Assembly: GCA_963781585.1 (NCBI GenBank)
Contig: CAWAGQ010000014.1
Location: forward strand, 32,001-96,000
DNA: 64,000 bases
Direction of reading: 5' to 3'
From: an uncultured Gemmatimonadaceae bacterium
GTDB taxonomy: Bacteria; Gemmatimonadota; Gemmatimonadetes; Gemmatimonadales; Gemmatimonadaceae
Part shown: in pieces, positions 39,299 through 49,620 of the stretch
How positions within the stretch are numbered: position 1 is the stretch's first letter
How the letters are laid out: each line of letters begins with the position of its first letter
The notes under the pieces: generated by a model
The model's input: the letters and a program-made list of their open reading frames with translations, nothing else
The model's database searches: none
What the model was told of the DNA's origin: nothing
Translations under genes and position numbers: made by a program

Positions 39299-39402
39299 CT
39301 TGAACCTCAGCGCACAGGTACGGGCTCATCGCGCGGAGCAGCCCCGGTCCCGACGCCCATGGCGCCGGGCGCCGTGGGTGCTGATCTCCGGGCGACGAGC
39401 GT

Positions 39403-40149
39403 TCAGGACGATGCCTTCTCCACGGTCGGTCCCAGGTTCTTCACTGCTTCGGCAACCGGCGTCGTCTCGGGGGATTTGAGCCCGAGCTGCACCTCGTACT
39501 TCGAGAGCAGATCCTCGGCCATCGCCTTGTCGGCCGCTTCATCCGCCTTGATCTGTTCGATGCCCTTCGACGAGAGATCGGCGGCCACCCGGGCCTTCCC
39601 CCGGTTGGTGTCGATCTTCCGCTGGATCACATCCTCGATCTGCCCGAAATCGGTGGTGACGTTCATGTCGAACGATTCGGAGATCTGCGCGATCTCGGCT
39701 TCCGCCGCGCTCATCTTCAGCTCGGCATGGTACTTCTGGATCTTCTCGCGGACCTTGATGAGATCCTTGTTCGCCTTCTGGATCTTCAGCAGGTTGTTCT
39801 GGTACGCGGACTCGTGCATCTGGAGCTGCTGTTCGTTCTGCGCCAGCTCCGTCTGCACCTTCTGCAGCTGGATCGCCATCTGGCCGGCCACGTCGCGATT
39901 GCCCGCCTTCAGGTGCGCCTTGATCTGCGCCTCGAGCTGCGCGGCGTTCGCCTTGCCGTTGGCCACCTGACGCGCCACGGTTTCCACCAGACCGCGGTAC
40001 ATTTCCAGCCCTTTGCGTCCTTCCTGCAGCCGCTCGGTGGCCTGGTCCACTTCGAGCTGCATCACCGCAATCGGATCAGACTCGAAGAAGACGTTCGCGA
40101 TCTTGTTCAGCTGCGCGCGAATGGCCCGAAAGAACTTTTCCAGAATCAT
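39403..40149 (-). CDS. PspA/IM30 (Vipp1/ESCRT-III-like) family protein
   Basis: Amphipathic N-terminal helix MILEKFFRAIRAQLNK, ESDP hinge, continuous coiled coil, 248 aa. Confidence 0.82.
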   Translation of the reverse strand: MILEKFFRAIRAQLNKIANVFFESDPIAVMQLEVDQATERLQEGRKGLEMYRGLVETVARQVANGKANAAQLEAQIKAHLKAGNRDVAGQMAIQLQKVQTELAQNEQQLQMHESAYQNNLLKIQKANKDLIKVREKIQKYHAELKMSAAEAEIAQISESFDMNVTTDFGQIEDVIQRKIDTNRGKARVAADLSSKGIEQIKADEAADKAMAEDLLSKYEVQLGLKSPETTPVAEAVKNLGPTVEKASS

Positions 40150-41021
40150 GGCGTCGGCTTCCTCGGTCGCGGTGGAGTGACGGGCTTGGGCGTGGGAGGA
40201 GCGGGGGCCACCACCGATGACGAGTCAGCGGTGCGGGATGTGTCGTTGAGCGTCTCGCCCGCGTTCATCGCTTCGGCGAGAATCCGGCCGCGATAGATCG
40301 AGTCCAGGTTGGCGCGCAGGGCGAGACCGTTGCGCGCCTCCAGCACCTCGCCGCGCACATCGCGCACGAAGTTGAAGCGCGACGCGTCGACGTCGAACGC
40401 GACGAAGTACATCCGGACCGCGCCTTCGCTTCGGGCGTCTATCTCGCGAGCCACTACCCTGGGCGAACGCCCGGAGGTGTTCTCGCCGTCGGTGACGACC
40501 AGAATGTATTTCCGGATTGTTCCGGCGCGATACAGGTCCGCGCGTGCGACATCCATGGCGGTGCCGATCGCCGTGGCGCCATCGGGCATCGTCATCGCGT
40601 TGATCGCGCTGCGCAGCGCCTCCCGGTCGTACGGCTTCACGGGAACGAGCGGGACCACATTGGACGCGAACTGGTAGATCCCCACGTTCACGGGAAAGTC
40701 CAGTTGTCGCGCGACGAAGGAATCGGTGGTGGCCAGCATCGCCTCGAGGGCCTCGCGTGCCACCACGTACTTCGGCCGCGAATCGCCGGACGCCGTCCCG
40801 GTCATCGAGCCGGAGTTGTCGATCAGGATGGCCACCGAGGCCCCCAGCCCCTCGGAATGCTCGGGGACGTACCTCGGCATCGACGCCGGGTCGTTCTCCG
40901 GGGCGCCCTCGCCGGAATGCGCCGAACGCGCGCCACGCCGCGTCCAGAGGAACGCCGCCATCAACGCGAGGACGATGATGAACCCACGGGCGCTGCTTCT
41001 TCCGCGTCTCGCTGTGGTCAT
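40146..41021 (-). CDS. Membrane-anchored von Willebrand factor A domain protein
   Basis: MIDAS motif DNSGS, TAIG, VVTDGE; N-terminal TM; Pro-rich tail; ATGA overlap with pspA-like gene; start reset to MTTARR. Confidence 0.9.
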   Translation of the reverse strand: MTTARRGRSSARGFIIVLALMAAFLWTRRGARSAHSGEGAPENDPASMPRYVPEHSEGLGASVAILIDNSGSMTGTASGDSRPKYVVAREALEAMLATTDSFVARQLDFPVNVGIYQFASNVVPLVPVKPYDREALRSAINAMTMPDGATAIGTAMDVARADLYRAGTIRKYILVVTDGENTSGRSPRVVAREIDARSEGAVRMYFVAFDVDASRFNFVRDVRGEVLEARNGLALRANLDSIYRGRILAEAMNAGETLNDTSRTADSSSVVAPAPPTPKPVTPPRPRKPTP

Positions 41022-41209
41022 CGACCTGCTGCACCCTCCGACAGGGGAATCACGACAGGATGAGTATAGGAACCGGAGGGCCCCGCCAACAGACGCGCCG
41101 GGTCCGAAAGGGACAGCCGCGAGTTCGGGGCGTCTCCCCGGTGCTCCGCCATCGATGTCGCCAGCGGCGATCTCCTGGCGGCGGCCGCCGGATCCCGCGC
41201 CCGCGCCGC

Positions 41210-41839
41210 CTAGCGGATCCCCAGCAGCTTGTGGGTCTGAATGCTCAGTCGCCAGCGGGGGTGCGCCAGGCAATACTCGAGCGCCGCGCGCGTGTTCTGG
41301 TCACGGCCCGGACCGTCCATGGGCTGGAGGAAGAAGTGCGCGAACGCCCAGTCGGCGAACTGCTCGGGCAGCGCCCCGGGCTGGGGATAGACCAGCTTCA
41401 GCTCGTGGCCGCTACGGAGTACGGTGTCCGCCCCGGCTTTCGGGCTCACGCAGATCCAGTCGATGCCGGGCGGCGCCGGGCGGGTGCCGTTGGTCTCGAT
41501 CGCGACTTCGAACCGCTCGGCGTGGAAGGCGTCCACGGCGGCGCGGTCCAGTTGCAGCAACGGCTCCCCGCCGGTGCAGACGACGTACCGGTCGCCCCCG
41601 GAATCGTTAGGCCAGGCCGCGCCGACGGCGCCCGCCAGGTCGGCGGCTCCCGTGAACCGTCCCCCGTCCGGTCCCACCCCCACGAAGTCGGTGTCGCAGA
41701 AGTCGCATATCGCCGACGCGCGATCCTCCTCGCGGCCCGTCCACAGGTTGCATCCGCTGAACCGGCAGAACACCGCCGGCCGGCCGGTGCGCGACCCCTC
41801 CCCCTGCAGCGTGTAGAAGATCTCGCGGACCGTGTACAT
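41210..41839 (-). CDS. queE: 7-carboxy-7-deazaguanine synthase (radical SAM, CX14CX2C type)
   Basis: EIFYTLQGEG, CNLWTGREEDRASAICDFCDT, TGGEPLLQ, ETNG, QTHK. Confidence 0.95.
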   Translation of the reverse strand: MYTVREIFYTLQGEGSRTGRPAVFCRFSGCNLWTGREEDRASAICDFCDTDFVGVGPDGGRFTGAADLAGAVGAAWPNDSGGDRYVVCTGGEPLLQLDRAAVDAFHAERFEVAIETNGTRPAPPGIDWICVSPKAGADTVLRSGHELKLVYPQPGALPEQFADWAFAHFFLQPMDGPGRDQNTRAALEYCLAHPRWRLSIQTHKLLGIR

Positions 41840-42552
41840 CAGCGCACCGCGGCCGCTGCATAACGCGCCGGGTCGGGAATGCCGGCCTCGGCAAAGCCCT
41901 TGAGCCGGAGACGGCACGCGTCGCAGCGCCCACACGCCATGCCCTCCGGCGTTGGATCGTAGCAGCTGCTGGTAATGCCGTAGTCCAGACCCAGCGACAG
42001 TCCCAGTTCGATGATCCCGCGCTTCGACCGATCGATCAAAGGGGTCCGAATGCGAGTCGCGCGCCCCTCCTCCACCGCCGCCCGCGTCGCCAGGCCGGCC
42101 ATCCGCTCGAATGCCGCGATGTACTCCGGCCGGCAGTCGGGATAGCCGGAATAGTCCAGCGCGTTGACCCCGATGAAAATGTCCTGCGCCCCGAGTACCT
42201 CCGCCCAGGCCAGCGCGAACGACAGGAAGATGGTGTTGCGAGCCGGAACGTAGGTGATCGGAATGCCCCCGCCCCCCGGTGCCGGCGCCCCGTCCTTTGG
42301 CACCGCGAGATCGCTGGTGAGCGCCGAGCCGCCGAAGACCCGCAGATCGATGTCCGCGACGACGTGCTCCGCCACCCCCATGGCCTGCGCCACGCGCCGC
42401 GCCGCCGCCACCTCATGCGTATGGCGCTGCCCATAGCGGAAGGTGAGCGCGTGCACTGCGAACCCGTCGCGTTGTGCCAGCGCGAGCAGCGTCGCAGAGT
42501 CGAGACCGCCGCTCAGCAGGAGAACAGCGGGGGGGTGGTTCGCGGAAAGCAT
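41839..42552 (-). CDS. queC: 7-cyano-7-deazaguanine synthase
   Basis: SGGLDS, YGQRH, TYVPARN, GYPDCR, CY..CGRCDAC. Confidence 0.97.
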   Translation of the reverse strand: MLSANHPPAVLLLSGGLDSATLLALAQRDGFAVHALTFRYGQRHTHEVAAARRVAQAMGVAEHVVADIDLRVFGGSALTSDLAVPKDGAPAPGGGGIPITYVPARNTIFLSFALAWAEVLGAQDIFIGVNALDYSGYPDCRPEYIAAFERMAGLATRAAVEEGRATRIRTPLIDRSKRGIIELGLSLGLDYGITSSCYDPTPEGMACGRCDACRLRLKGFAEAGIPDPARYAAAAVR

Positions 42553-42647
42553 GGCTGATGCTCCAAGCTATCCGGGGCGCGACGCGGCTGGTATCGGCGC
42601 CGGGGCATCCAAATCCGCGGGCCCTCACTGCGACGCCGCGGTTCGTC

Positions 42648-44360
42648 TCAGGCGACGGCCTTGAGCGCCCCCACGAGCTCCTTGAGCTGTACGGATCCCT
42701 GCAGCAGCTGCGTGGATGCGCTGCTCATCTGCTCGCACGCGGCGCTCTGCTCCTGTGTGGCCGCGCTCACCTGCTGCGCCGCGGCCGCGTGTCCCTCGGC
42801 GGTCTTGGCGATCGACTGTACGCCCTTGGCCGCGCTGGCCACGATATGCGCGTTCCGCTCGGCGCGCAGGGCCACGCTGCCCGCCGCCTCACGGGTGCGT
42901 GCTGCCGCGCCGGAGATGGTCGTGAGCGCCTCATCGATGTCGCGCGAAACGGTCTCGATTTCGTTGACGTTCGCCACGCCGGCCTCCATGGCGCGGGTCG
43001 TCGATGAGACTCTCGCGGTCACTGCGCGCGTGAGCTGCACGACGTCCTCGGCCGCCGCCTGGGCCTGCTCGGCCAGGCTGCGCACTTCGTCCGCCACGAC
43101 CGCGAAACCGCGTCCGGCCGCGCCGGCGCGCGCCGCCTCGATCGCGGCATTCAGCGCGAGGAGGTCGGTCTGCTCGGCGATCCGTCCCACGGTCGCGACG
43201 AACTTGTTGATGTCGTCGGCGGTCTGGGTCAACGCGACCACCTCGCCCGCGGCATCGCGCACCGTCGCCCGGATCGTGGTGAGGATGGTCAGCGCCCGTT
43301 CGATCTCGGCGCGTCTGGTGCGCGCGGAGTCCTCGATGGCCCCGGCCAGCCCCGTGACCTCGCTGGCACCCTCCAGCATCTCGTCGGCATTCACGCGAAT
43401 CGACCGGAGGGCTTCGTCGACGGTACGGAGCTGGCGCACCTGGCTCTCGGCGCCGCTCGAGACCTCGGTCATCGACGCCGCCATCTGGGTGGCTGAGGCC
43501 GAGATCTGTTCCGAGACCGACGCCAGATCGCGTGCCGAACTGGCGACGTCGTCGGCCGTATGGGAGCTCACCGACACCACGCGCGCGAGCGAGTCGGCGG
43601 TGCTGTTCATGGCTTCCGCGAGCTCGCGGAGTTCGCCCGGCAGATTGCCCTCCGTCCGCACCCCGAAGTTGCCGGTACTGAGCGCGCGGGCGTGCAGCAC
43701 CAGGCGCCGCATCGGTTCGGAGATCCACGACACGGTGCTGACGACCACGAACAATCCGACCAGCACCGCAATCGCCGCGAAGCCGAGCATCCAGGCGGCG
43801 CGCCGTTCGGCATTGTTGCGCAGCGTGGTGGAGGCCTCGGCCACCTTGCGGCTCTTGAGCTGGGCGAGTTTGTCCACGTCGTCGAGCAGCGCCCCGACCA
43901 TCTGTCTCGCGCGCTCGGCCTCGCGCGCGGCTTCGTCGCGTCGCCCGAGATCAGCCAGGCGATGCGCCAGATCGTACCGGATCTCGACCGACGACAGCGA
44001 CGCATCGATGTTGGCCACCAACGCGACCTCGTCGGGCGTCTGGCCGCCGTTCAGGTTCATCGCCCGTTGCACGGCGTGCGCGTCGCGTCCGTAGCGCCTG
44101 AATTCCTCGAGCGACGCCGAGTCACGCTGCTGCGGGTAGCGCGCCGCAGCCGCGAGTTCCTCGGTGATCTCGGCGGACAGGCGCGCCGCCATCTGGGCGT
44201 CGCTCTGCACGGTGGCGAGCGTCTCGCCGATCACCGACGACATCGCGAGCATCGAAGCGCGGGCGACCAGGCCGGCGATCACGCTCAGCCCCACCAGGAG
44301 CCCGAGGCCACTCACCAGGCGCTGGCGGATGCTGCGGAAGCCCATCAGGCGCCCGGTCAT
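42648..44360 (-). CDS. Methyl-accepting chemotaxis protein
   Basis: Two TM segments, [36 protein letters not shown]. Confidence 0.95.
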   Translation of the reverse strand: MTGRLMGFRSIRQRLVSGLGLLVGLSVIAGLVARASMLAMSSVIGETLATVQSDAQMAARLSAEITEELAAAARYPQQRDSASLEEFRRYGRDAHAVQRAMNLNGGQTPDEVALVANIDASLSSVEIRYDLAHRLADLGRRDEAAREAERARQMVGALLDDVDKLAQLKSRKVAEASTTLRNNAERRAAWMLGFAAIAVLVGLFVVVSTVSWISEPMRRLVLHARALSTGNFGVRTEGNLPGELRELAEAMNSTADSLARVVSVSSHTADDVASSARDLASVSEQISASATQMAASMTEVSSGAESQVRQLRTVDEALRSIRVNADEMLEGASEVTGLAGAIEDSARTRRAEIERALTILTTIRATVRDAAGEVVALTQTADDINKFVATVGRIAEQTDLLALNAAIEAARAGAAGRGFAVVADEVRSLAEQAQAAAEDVVQLTRAVTARVSSTTRAMEAGVANVNEIETVSRDIDEALTTISGAAARTREAAGSVALRAERNAHIVASAAKGVQSIAKTAEGHAAAAQQVSAATQEQSAACEQMSSASTQLLQGSVQLKELVGALKAVA

Positions 44361-45466
44361 CGGCCGTCGCTCCCGTGTTCGACCAGCAGCGCGCCATGGC
44401 GGGCGCGGGTGATGACCACGCCTTTGCCGACTACGTCGCCGCTTGGACGGAAGCGGATCGCTCCGGTCACGCCGGCGAATGCCGAGCCGTCGCCTAACGA
44501 CGTGAGCCAGCGGCGCACCGCGGCACGCGACGGGCCGGCCTCCTGGATGGCGCGCGCCACCAGCATGGTCGCGTCATAGGCAAGTGCCGCGTTACCGTCG
44601 GGTTCGAGGTGGTACTTCTCGCGAAAGGCCTTCACGAAGCGTTGCGCGGCGGGACGGGGGTCCTGCGCACTGAACGGCGTCGCCACGAAGGCCCCTTCGG
44701 CGGCGGCCGTGTCGGCCACGATGCTGCTCCAGCCATCGCCGCCGATAAACGCACTGGCCAGATGCTGACGCCGCGCCTCGAGCAGAATCGACCGGCCGGA
44801 TGCGTTCGTTCCGGCCACGAACACCACGTCGGGCGAACGGGAGGCAAGGTAGCTGACGTACGGCTCGAAGTTCGCGTCGCCGTTGCCCGGGATTGGATCC
44901 ACGGCGACGATCTCCCCGCCGAACGCGCCGCGGAACGACTCGGTGAGCCCGCGTCCGTAGGCCGTGTTCTCGTACAGAATCGCCGCGCGATGCCAACCGC
45001 GGGCATCGGCGAAGCGCGCGATGGTCATGCCGTTGGCCGAGTCGCTCGAGATCACCCGGAACACCCAGGGAGAAATGCCGCTCAGGTCGGGAGAACTGGC
45101 CGTGGTCGATACCGCGGGCAGTCCCTTGTCGTAGATCCTCGCCGCCGCCACCATCGCCCCCGACGTCACGTGCCCGACCACCGCCACGACCGAGCGATTG
45201 GCGTAGAACTCGCTCGCAATCGCAACCGCCTTCCCGCCGTCGGCGTGGTCGTCGCGCGCGATGACCACGAGTCGCCGACCTCCCACGCCGCCCGCAGCGT
45301 TGATCTCTTCCAACGCGAGATCCAGCCCACGCTTGTTCATCGCCCCGTACAACTCGGTCCACGGACCGGCCGTCGCGATCACGACCGGCGAGGAGTTCCG
45401 TGCGCAGGCCAGGGATGTCAGGAGGGCGGCAAGAACAACGGAGCGGCGAAGCACCGCGAGGGTCAT
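44357..45466 (-). CDS. LivJ/Leu-BP family substrate-binding lipoprotein
   Basis: Lipobox [30 protein letters not shown]; start reset to MTLAVL; ATGA overlap with the MCP gene. Confidence 0.9.
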   Translation of the reverse strand: MTLAVLRRSVVLAALLTSLACARNSSPVVIATAGPWTELYGAMNKRGLDLALEEINAAGGVGGRRLVVIARDDHADGGKAVAIASEFYANRSVVAVVGHVTSGAMVAAARIYDKGLPAVSTTASSPDLSGISPWVFRVISSDSANGMTIARFADARGWHRAAILYENTAYGRGLTESFRGAFGGEIVAVDPIPGNGDANFEPYVSYLASRSPDVVFVAGTNASGRSILLEARRQHLASAFIGGDGWSSIVADTAAAEGAFVATPFSAQDPRPAAQRFVKAFREKYHLEPDGNAALAYDATMLVARAIQEAGPSRAAVRRWLTSLGDGSAFAGVTGAIRFRPSGDVVGKGVVITRARHGALLVEHGSDGR

Positions 45467-45585
45467 CGGGGGTCCGGCGTCGAAGGGAGCTGACTGACCT
45501 ACAGACGCCGTCCCGACGGCCTCCGCAACCGTAGAGGCGGCCGCCGCGCATCCCAGGATGTAGCCCGCAAACAACTCTTTGACAA

Positions 45586-47283
45586 CTACTTATGAGATTG
45601 CACCAGCCACACCTTGTCGCGTGGGAGTTGCTGCGCGGCGGGGATCCACCAGAGCCTCAGGTCCCGCCACCAGTAGTCGGACCCGTCGAGCACCGCGTGA
45701 ACCCGCCGGTTGAGTGCCGCCTCCGGTCGCGACTCGTATAGCCAGACGGCCGGCACGTCGTCGGCGATCATCCGATATGCGCGGCGATACAAGGCGCGGC
45801 TCCTTGTCGGATCGAATTCAGCGATCGCGCTGTCGAGTGTGGCATCGACGCGTGGGTTGGAATACGCCGCGAAGTCGGACCCGCGATTGGTCGCCGGGGC
45901 GCTCTTCCACGCCTGGCGAATCCCGCTGGGTGAGGGGTCGCCCGTGACGCCGTGGAGCAGGGCATCGAATTTTCCGCTGAACATCAGCGGTCCGATGGCC
46001 GAGTAGTCCACCTGCTCGATGTCGACCTGCACGCCCACGCGCCGCAGTTGCTCCTGAATGAGCACCGCGTACCGCATCCGGGTGGTGCTCGAAGTTGGAA
46101 CGAGAACCGAAAAGCGCAGCGGACGACCACCGCGTTCGCGGATGCCGCGGTGGTTCGTGTCCCGCCACTGCAGGGAATCCAGCAGCCGATCCGCCGCCAC
46201 CGTGTCATAGGGGATTTGCGGGATGGTCGTATCCGCAGAGACGTACAGGCGGGAGAAGGGCCCGAGGCTGAGCACGCCGAGGCTGTCGAGCGCATTCTGC
46301 ACCATCGCGCGACGGTCGAGCGCCATGCTGATCGCCAGCCGGAGGCTGTGGTCGGCGAACAGCGGATGCGGGCGTCGGGGGTTCTTCGGGTCGGCGAAGT
46401 TGAAGAGCAGGTAGCCGTAACTGATCGCGCGATAGCGCACCGCCTGGACGTTGCCGGTGGCGGCAACGCGTGGCAGGGCATCCGCAGAGAGAGACTCGAA
46501 GAAATCCGCGTCGCCGGTGAGCACGTTGGTGGTGGCGGACGACGGGTCGGCGTTCCATGTCCACACGAGGCCGTTGAGCTTTGGGCGGCCCCGGTAGTAA
46601 GTCGTGTCGGCGGTGAGTTCGATGCGGGCGCGTGGTTCCCAGCGCACAAGGCGGTACGGTCCGCTCCCGACCGGCGCGTGTGCGAACGCGCTGGCCCCGA
46701 GGTTCGCCGGATCGGCGCTGGCGAGCAGGTGTTCCGGGACCACCATGAGGTTGTAGGCGAGCTCGAAGAACTGTTCTGGTGTGCGCTTGCTGAACCAGAC
46801 GACAGCCGTGCGCTCGTCCGGGGCCGTCACCGAGTCGACGTTGTCAAAGCTTCCGGCGGCGCCCGACTGAACGCGTGGATCCTTGTAGAGCTTCGTGGAG
46901 AAGCGTACGTCGCTCGCCGTCACCGGCGTGCCATCCTGCCAGCGGGCCCGCGGGTCGAGGTGAAAGGCGATCGAGAGCGAATCGGGAGCCCAGGTCCACG
47001 ACTGTGCCAGGCGCGGTATCCAGCCTCCGTCACCCACGGTGTTGAGGTCCGGACCGATCTCGGCCAGGTAGTCGAAGATCTGATCGACGATCTCCTTCTC
47101 GATCGTGCCGGTGATGATTTGCGGGATGAGCACGCTGGGCTCGGCGCCCGCGCTGATGATCAGGTTGCCCCCGAAATCGCCGGTGCCGGCGCCGCCGCCC
47201 GGGCGTTCTCCTCCTCCGCACGCCAGCACTGCGGCGAAGACCAGCAGCGTGCTGCGCATCCGTGAAATCCGCATCGGCATCAA
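45586..47283 (-). CDS. Family 5 (peptide/nickel) ABC substrate-binding lipoprotein
   Basis: Lipobox VLAC, PRLAQSW, WQDGTPVTASDV, PVGSGPY. Exact start ambiguous among nearby Met codons. Confidence 0.92.
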   Translation of the reverse strand: MMPMRISRMRSTLLVFAAVLACGGGERPGGGAGTGDFGGNLIISAGAEPSVLIPQIITGTIEKEIVDQIFDYLAEIGPDLNTVGDGGWIPRLAQSWTWAPDSLSIAFHLDPRARWQDGTPVTASDVRFSTKLYKDPRVQSGAAGSFDNVDSVTAPDERTAVVWFSKRTPEQFFELAYNLMVVPEHLLASADPANLGASAFAHAPVGSGPYRLVRWEPRARIELTADTTYYRGRPKLNGLVWTWNADPSSATTNVLTGDADFFESLSADALPRVAATGNVQAVRYRAISYGYLLFNFADPKNPRRPHPLFADHSLRLAISMALDRRAMVQNALDSLGVLSLGPFSRLYVSADTTIPQIPYDTVAADRLLDSLQWRDTNHRGIRERGGRPLRFSVLVPTSSTTRMRYAVLIQEQLRRVGVQVDIEQVDYSAIGPLMFSGKFDALLHGVTGDPSPSGIRQAWKSAPATNRGSDFAAYSNPRVDATLDSAIAEFDPTRSRALYRRAYRMIADDVPAVWLYESRPEAALNRRVHAVLDGSDYWWRDLRLWWIPAAQQLPRDKVWLVQSHK

Positions 47284-47409
47284 GGATGAGGGTCAATCGT
47301 TAGGCAGTCCCGGTCGACCGTGGCCGCCGGCCGTCGCGCGCTCGCCTTGGTTGGACGATCGAGCGATTGGTGTGGAACATGTATCCGAGCCGGCGGGAGG
47401 CCGGCCGAC

Positions 47410-48531
47410 TCATCCCGCCGGCGGCAATGGCTGCTGCTGCGTCAGGCAGTGCATCGACCCGAGACCCCAGACCAGGTCCACCGAGTGGATGCCCACCACC
47501 GTGTGATTCGGGAAACAGGCGGTGAGGGCGTTCAGCGCCATCCGGTCGTTGGGGTCGTTGAAGGTCGGCACCAGCACCACATGATTGGCGATGTAGAAGT
47601 TGGCATAGCTGGCGGGGAGGCGCTGGCCGTCCATCATCACCGGCCGCGGGAACGGCAGATGCACCACGCGGAGGCGGCCTCCCTCGAACGCCTTCAGTCG
47701 CCGGAGGTTGTCGGCCGACCGCGCATGGTTCGCGTCCGCCGGGTCCTCCTCGAAGGCCAGGACCACCGTGTCGGGCGAGACGAAGCGCGCGACGTCGTCC
47801 ACGTGACCGTGGGTGTCGTCGCCCACGCACCCTTCGCCAAGCCAGATTGTGCGCCCCGCTCCGAGGTACTCCCGGAACGCCGCCTCGTAGTCCCCGCGCT
47901 CCAGTCCGGGATTGCGCGCCTGAACCGACGAGAGCAGGCACTCCTCCGTGGTCATGACGATGCCGTCGCCGTTCCAGTCGACCGCGCCGCCTTCGAGCAC
48001 CAGGCGCCACCCGCTCCCCGGTCGGGTCGGGGTCACCCGCCGAAAGCCGGTGATGCGCTCCATCGCTTCGCCGATCTTCTCGTCGAACACATAGTCGTCG
48101 TACTTCGCCCATCCGTTGAAACGCCAGTTCAGCAGGACGGTGTGGCGCCCCGCGTCGAACGCCACCGTGGGTGCGGAGTCGCGGAGCCACGCCCGGTCGT
48201 TGGGCACGAGATGAAGCCGGTATCCGCCAGGGTCGCACCCGTGCGCATCGAGCTTGTGCCTGGCATCCTCGCGCACCGATTCGTCGTGGCAGAGGATCTC
48301 GACGCGCTCGCGCCGGTGCAGCACGCGCACGATCTCGGCGTAGGCCCATCGAATGGCCAGCAGCTTCCCGGGCCAGTCCGGCTCGTGATGGGGCCAGGCG
48401 ATCCAGGTTGCGGCATGCGGCGCCCACTCCGGCAGGACCGAAAACCGCGAAGCCGGCGCCGCACGCGAATCGGTCACCGCGGCTTCCGGCGTGCGCGACC
48501 CCACGGCCGGCTGCCCGTCGGGCGGCGTCAC
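47410..48531 (-). CDS. aguA: Agmatine deiminase family protein
   Basis: PEWAPH..W, WLRD, FNGW, LEGG, DDTHGHVDD, ASYANF, GSMHCLTQQ; start reset to the GTGA overlap. Confidence 0.92.
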   Translation of the reverse strand: MTPPDGQPAVGSRTPEAAVTDSRAAPASRFSVLPEWAPHAATWIAWPHHEPDWPGKLLAIRWAYAEIVRVLHRRERVEILCHDESVREDARHKLDAHGCDPGGYRLHLVPNDRAWLRDSAPTVAFDAGRHTVLLNWRFNGWAKYDDYVFDEKIGEAMERITGFRRVTPTRPGSGWRLVLEGGAVDWNGDGIVMTTEECLLSSVQARNPGLERGDYEAAFREYLGAGRTIWLGEGCVGDDTHGHVDDVARFVSPDTVVLAFEEDPADANHARSADNLRRLKAFEGGRLRVVHLPFPRPVMMDGQRLPASYANFYIANHVVLVPTFNDPNDRMALNALTACFPNHTVVGIHSVDLVWGLGSMHCLTQQQPLPPAG

Positions 48532-49454
48532 GCGAGGTAGCGGCTGAGAATCCCCTCGTAGGCGTCGACGCGGCGATCGCGCAGGAAGGGCCAGTTCCGG
48601 CGGGTTTCCTCGATCACCGCCGGATCGCATCGCGCCACCAGCACGCCGGCCTCGCCGCCGGCCTCCGCGACCACGCGGCCGAACGGGTCGCTGATGAACG
48701 AATGCCCGAAGAACTCCAGTCCGTCCGTGCCGGTCTCCGGTTCGAATCCGATCCGGTTGGCGGCGGCCACGTACACGCCGTTGGCAATCGAGTGCGCGCG
48801 CTGGATCGTGCGCCACGCCTCGACCTGCGCCGTCCCGGTCTCGGCCTTCTCCCGGGGATGCCATCCGATGGCGGTCGGATAGAACAGGATGTCCGCTCCG
48901 AGCAGGGCCGTGATCCGCGCCCCTTCGGGGTACCACTGATCCCAGCAGATCAGGACGCCGACGTCTGCATAACGAGTTCGCCAGACGCGGAATCCCGCCG
49001 ACGCCCGTTCGTTCGCTTCGGCGCCACGCCCGTTCCCGTCCACGTCGCCGGGGGTGAAATAGTACTTTTCCTCGAACAGCGGGTCGTGCGGAATGTGCAT
49101 CTTGCGGTAGACCCCGAGCAGCGCACCGTCGGCGTCGATCACGGCGGCGGAGTTCCGGTAGAGTCCGGCCGCCTGGCGTTCGTACAGCGGCACGATCAGC
49201 ACGACCGCGAGTTCGGAGGCGAGGCGCTGCATCCGCTCCGTGGTCGGCCCGGGAATGGGCTCGGCCAGGTCGAAGCGGTCCACCCGAAGCGACTTCGCGA
49301 AATACGGGGCGCTGAACAATTCCGGCAGACAGATGATCTGCGCCCCACGGGCGTGGGCCTCGCGGATCCGCGCGACGTATCGCTCCACATTGCCCGCGAC
49401 ATCGTCTGTCGCCCGGTCCTGGACGAGCCCTGCGAAGAACGGTGTGCGATTCAT
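48528..49454 (-). CDS. aguB: N-carbamoylputrescine amidase (nitrilase superfamily)
   Basis: LPELF, YRKMHIP, EKYYFTPGD, ICWDQWYPE, YPTAIGW, FLRDRR; adjacent to aguA. Confidence 0.9.
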   Translation of the reverse strand: MNRTPFFAGLVQDRATDDVAGNVERYVARIREAHARGAQIICLPELFSAPYFAKSLRVDRFDLAEPIPGPTTERMQRLASELAVVLIVPLYERQAAGLYRNSAAVIDADGALLGVYRKMHIPHDPLFEEKYYFTPGDVDGNGRGAEANERASAGFRVWRTRYADVGVLICWDQWYPEGARITALLGADILFYPTAIGWHPREKAETGTAQVEAWRTIQRAHSIANGVYVAAANRIGFEPETGTDGLEFFGHSFISDPFGRVVAEAGGEAGVLVARCDPAVIEETRRNWPFLRDRRVDAYEGILSRYLA

Positions 49455-49620
49455 CCGATGCCCTCGACACGAGGTCCCGGTCACAGCCACCGAGGTCAGG
49501 CTGCGCCGCGCGAGTCCGTTCCGGAACGGCCTCGATGCGAGCAAGCTAATCGCCCTGGTATCGCTTTCGCATCCGCGCGCCGGCAGGTTGCCCGGGGATG
49601 CGTCGGCCCGCACCGGCCCG

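Noticed and set aside
41210..42552. queC/queE as part of a 7-deazaguanine DNA-modification (dpd) island
   Set aside because: No dpdA/tgt-like or other dpd genes in the window.
47410..49470. 686-aa ORF as an aguB-aguA fusion
   Set aside because: The N-terminal part is an out-of-frame read of aguB; aguA starts near 48531.
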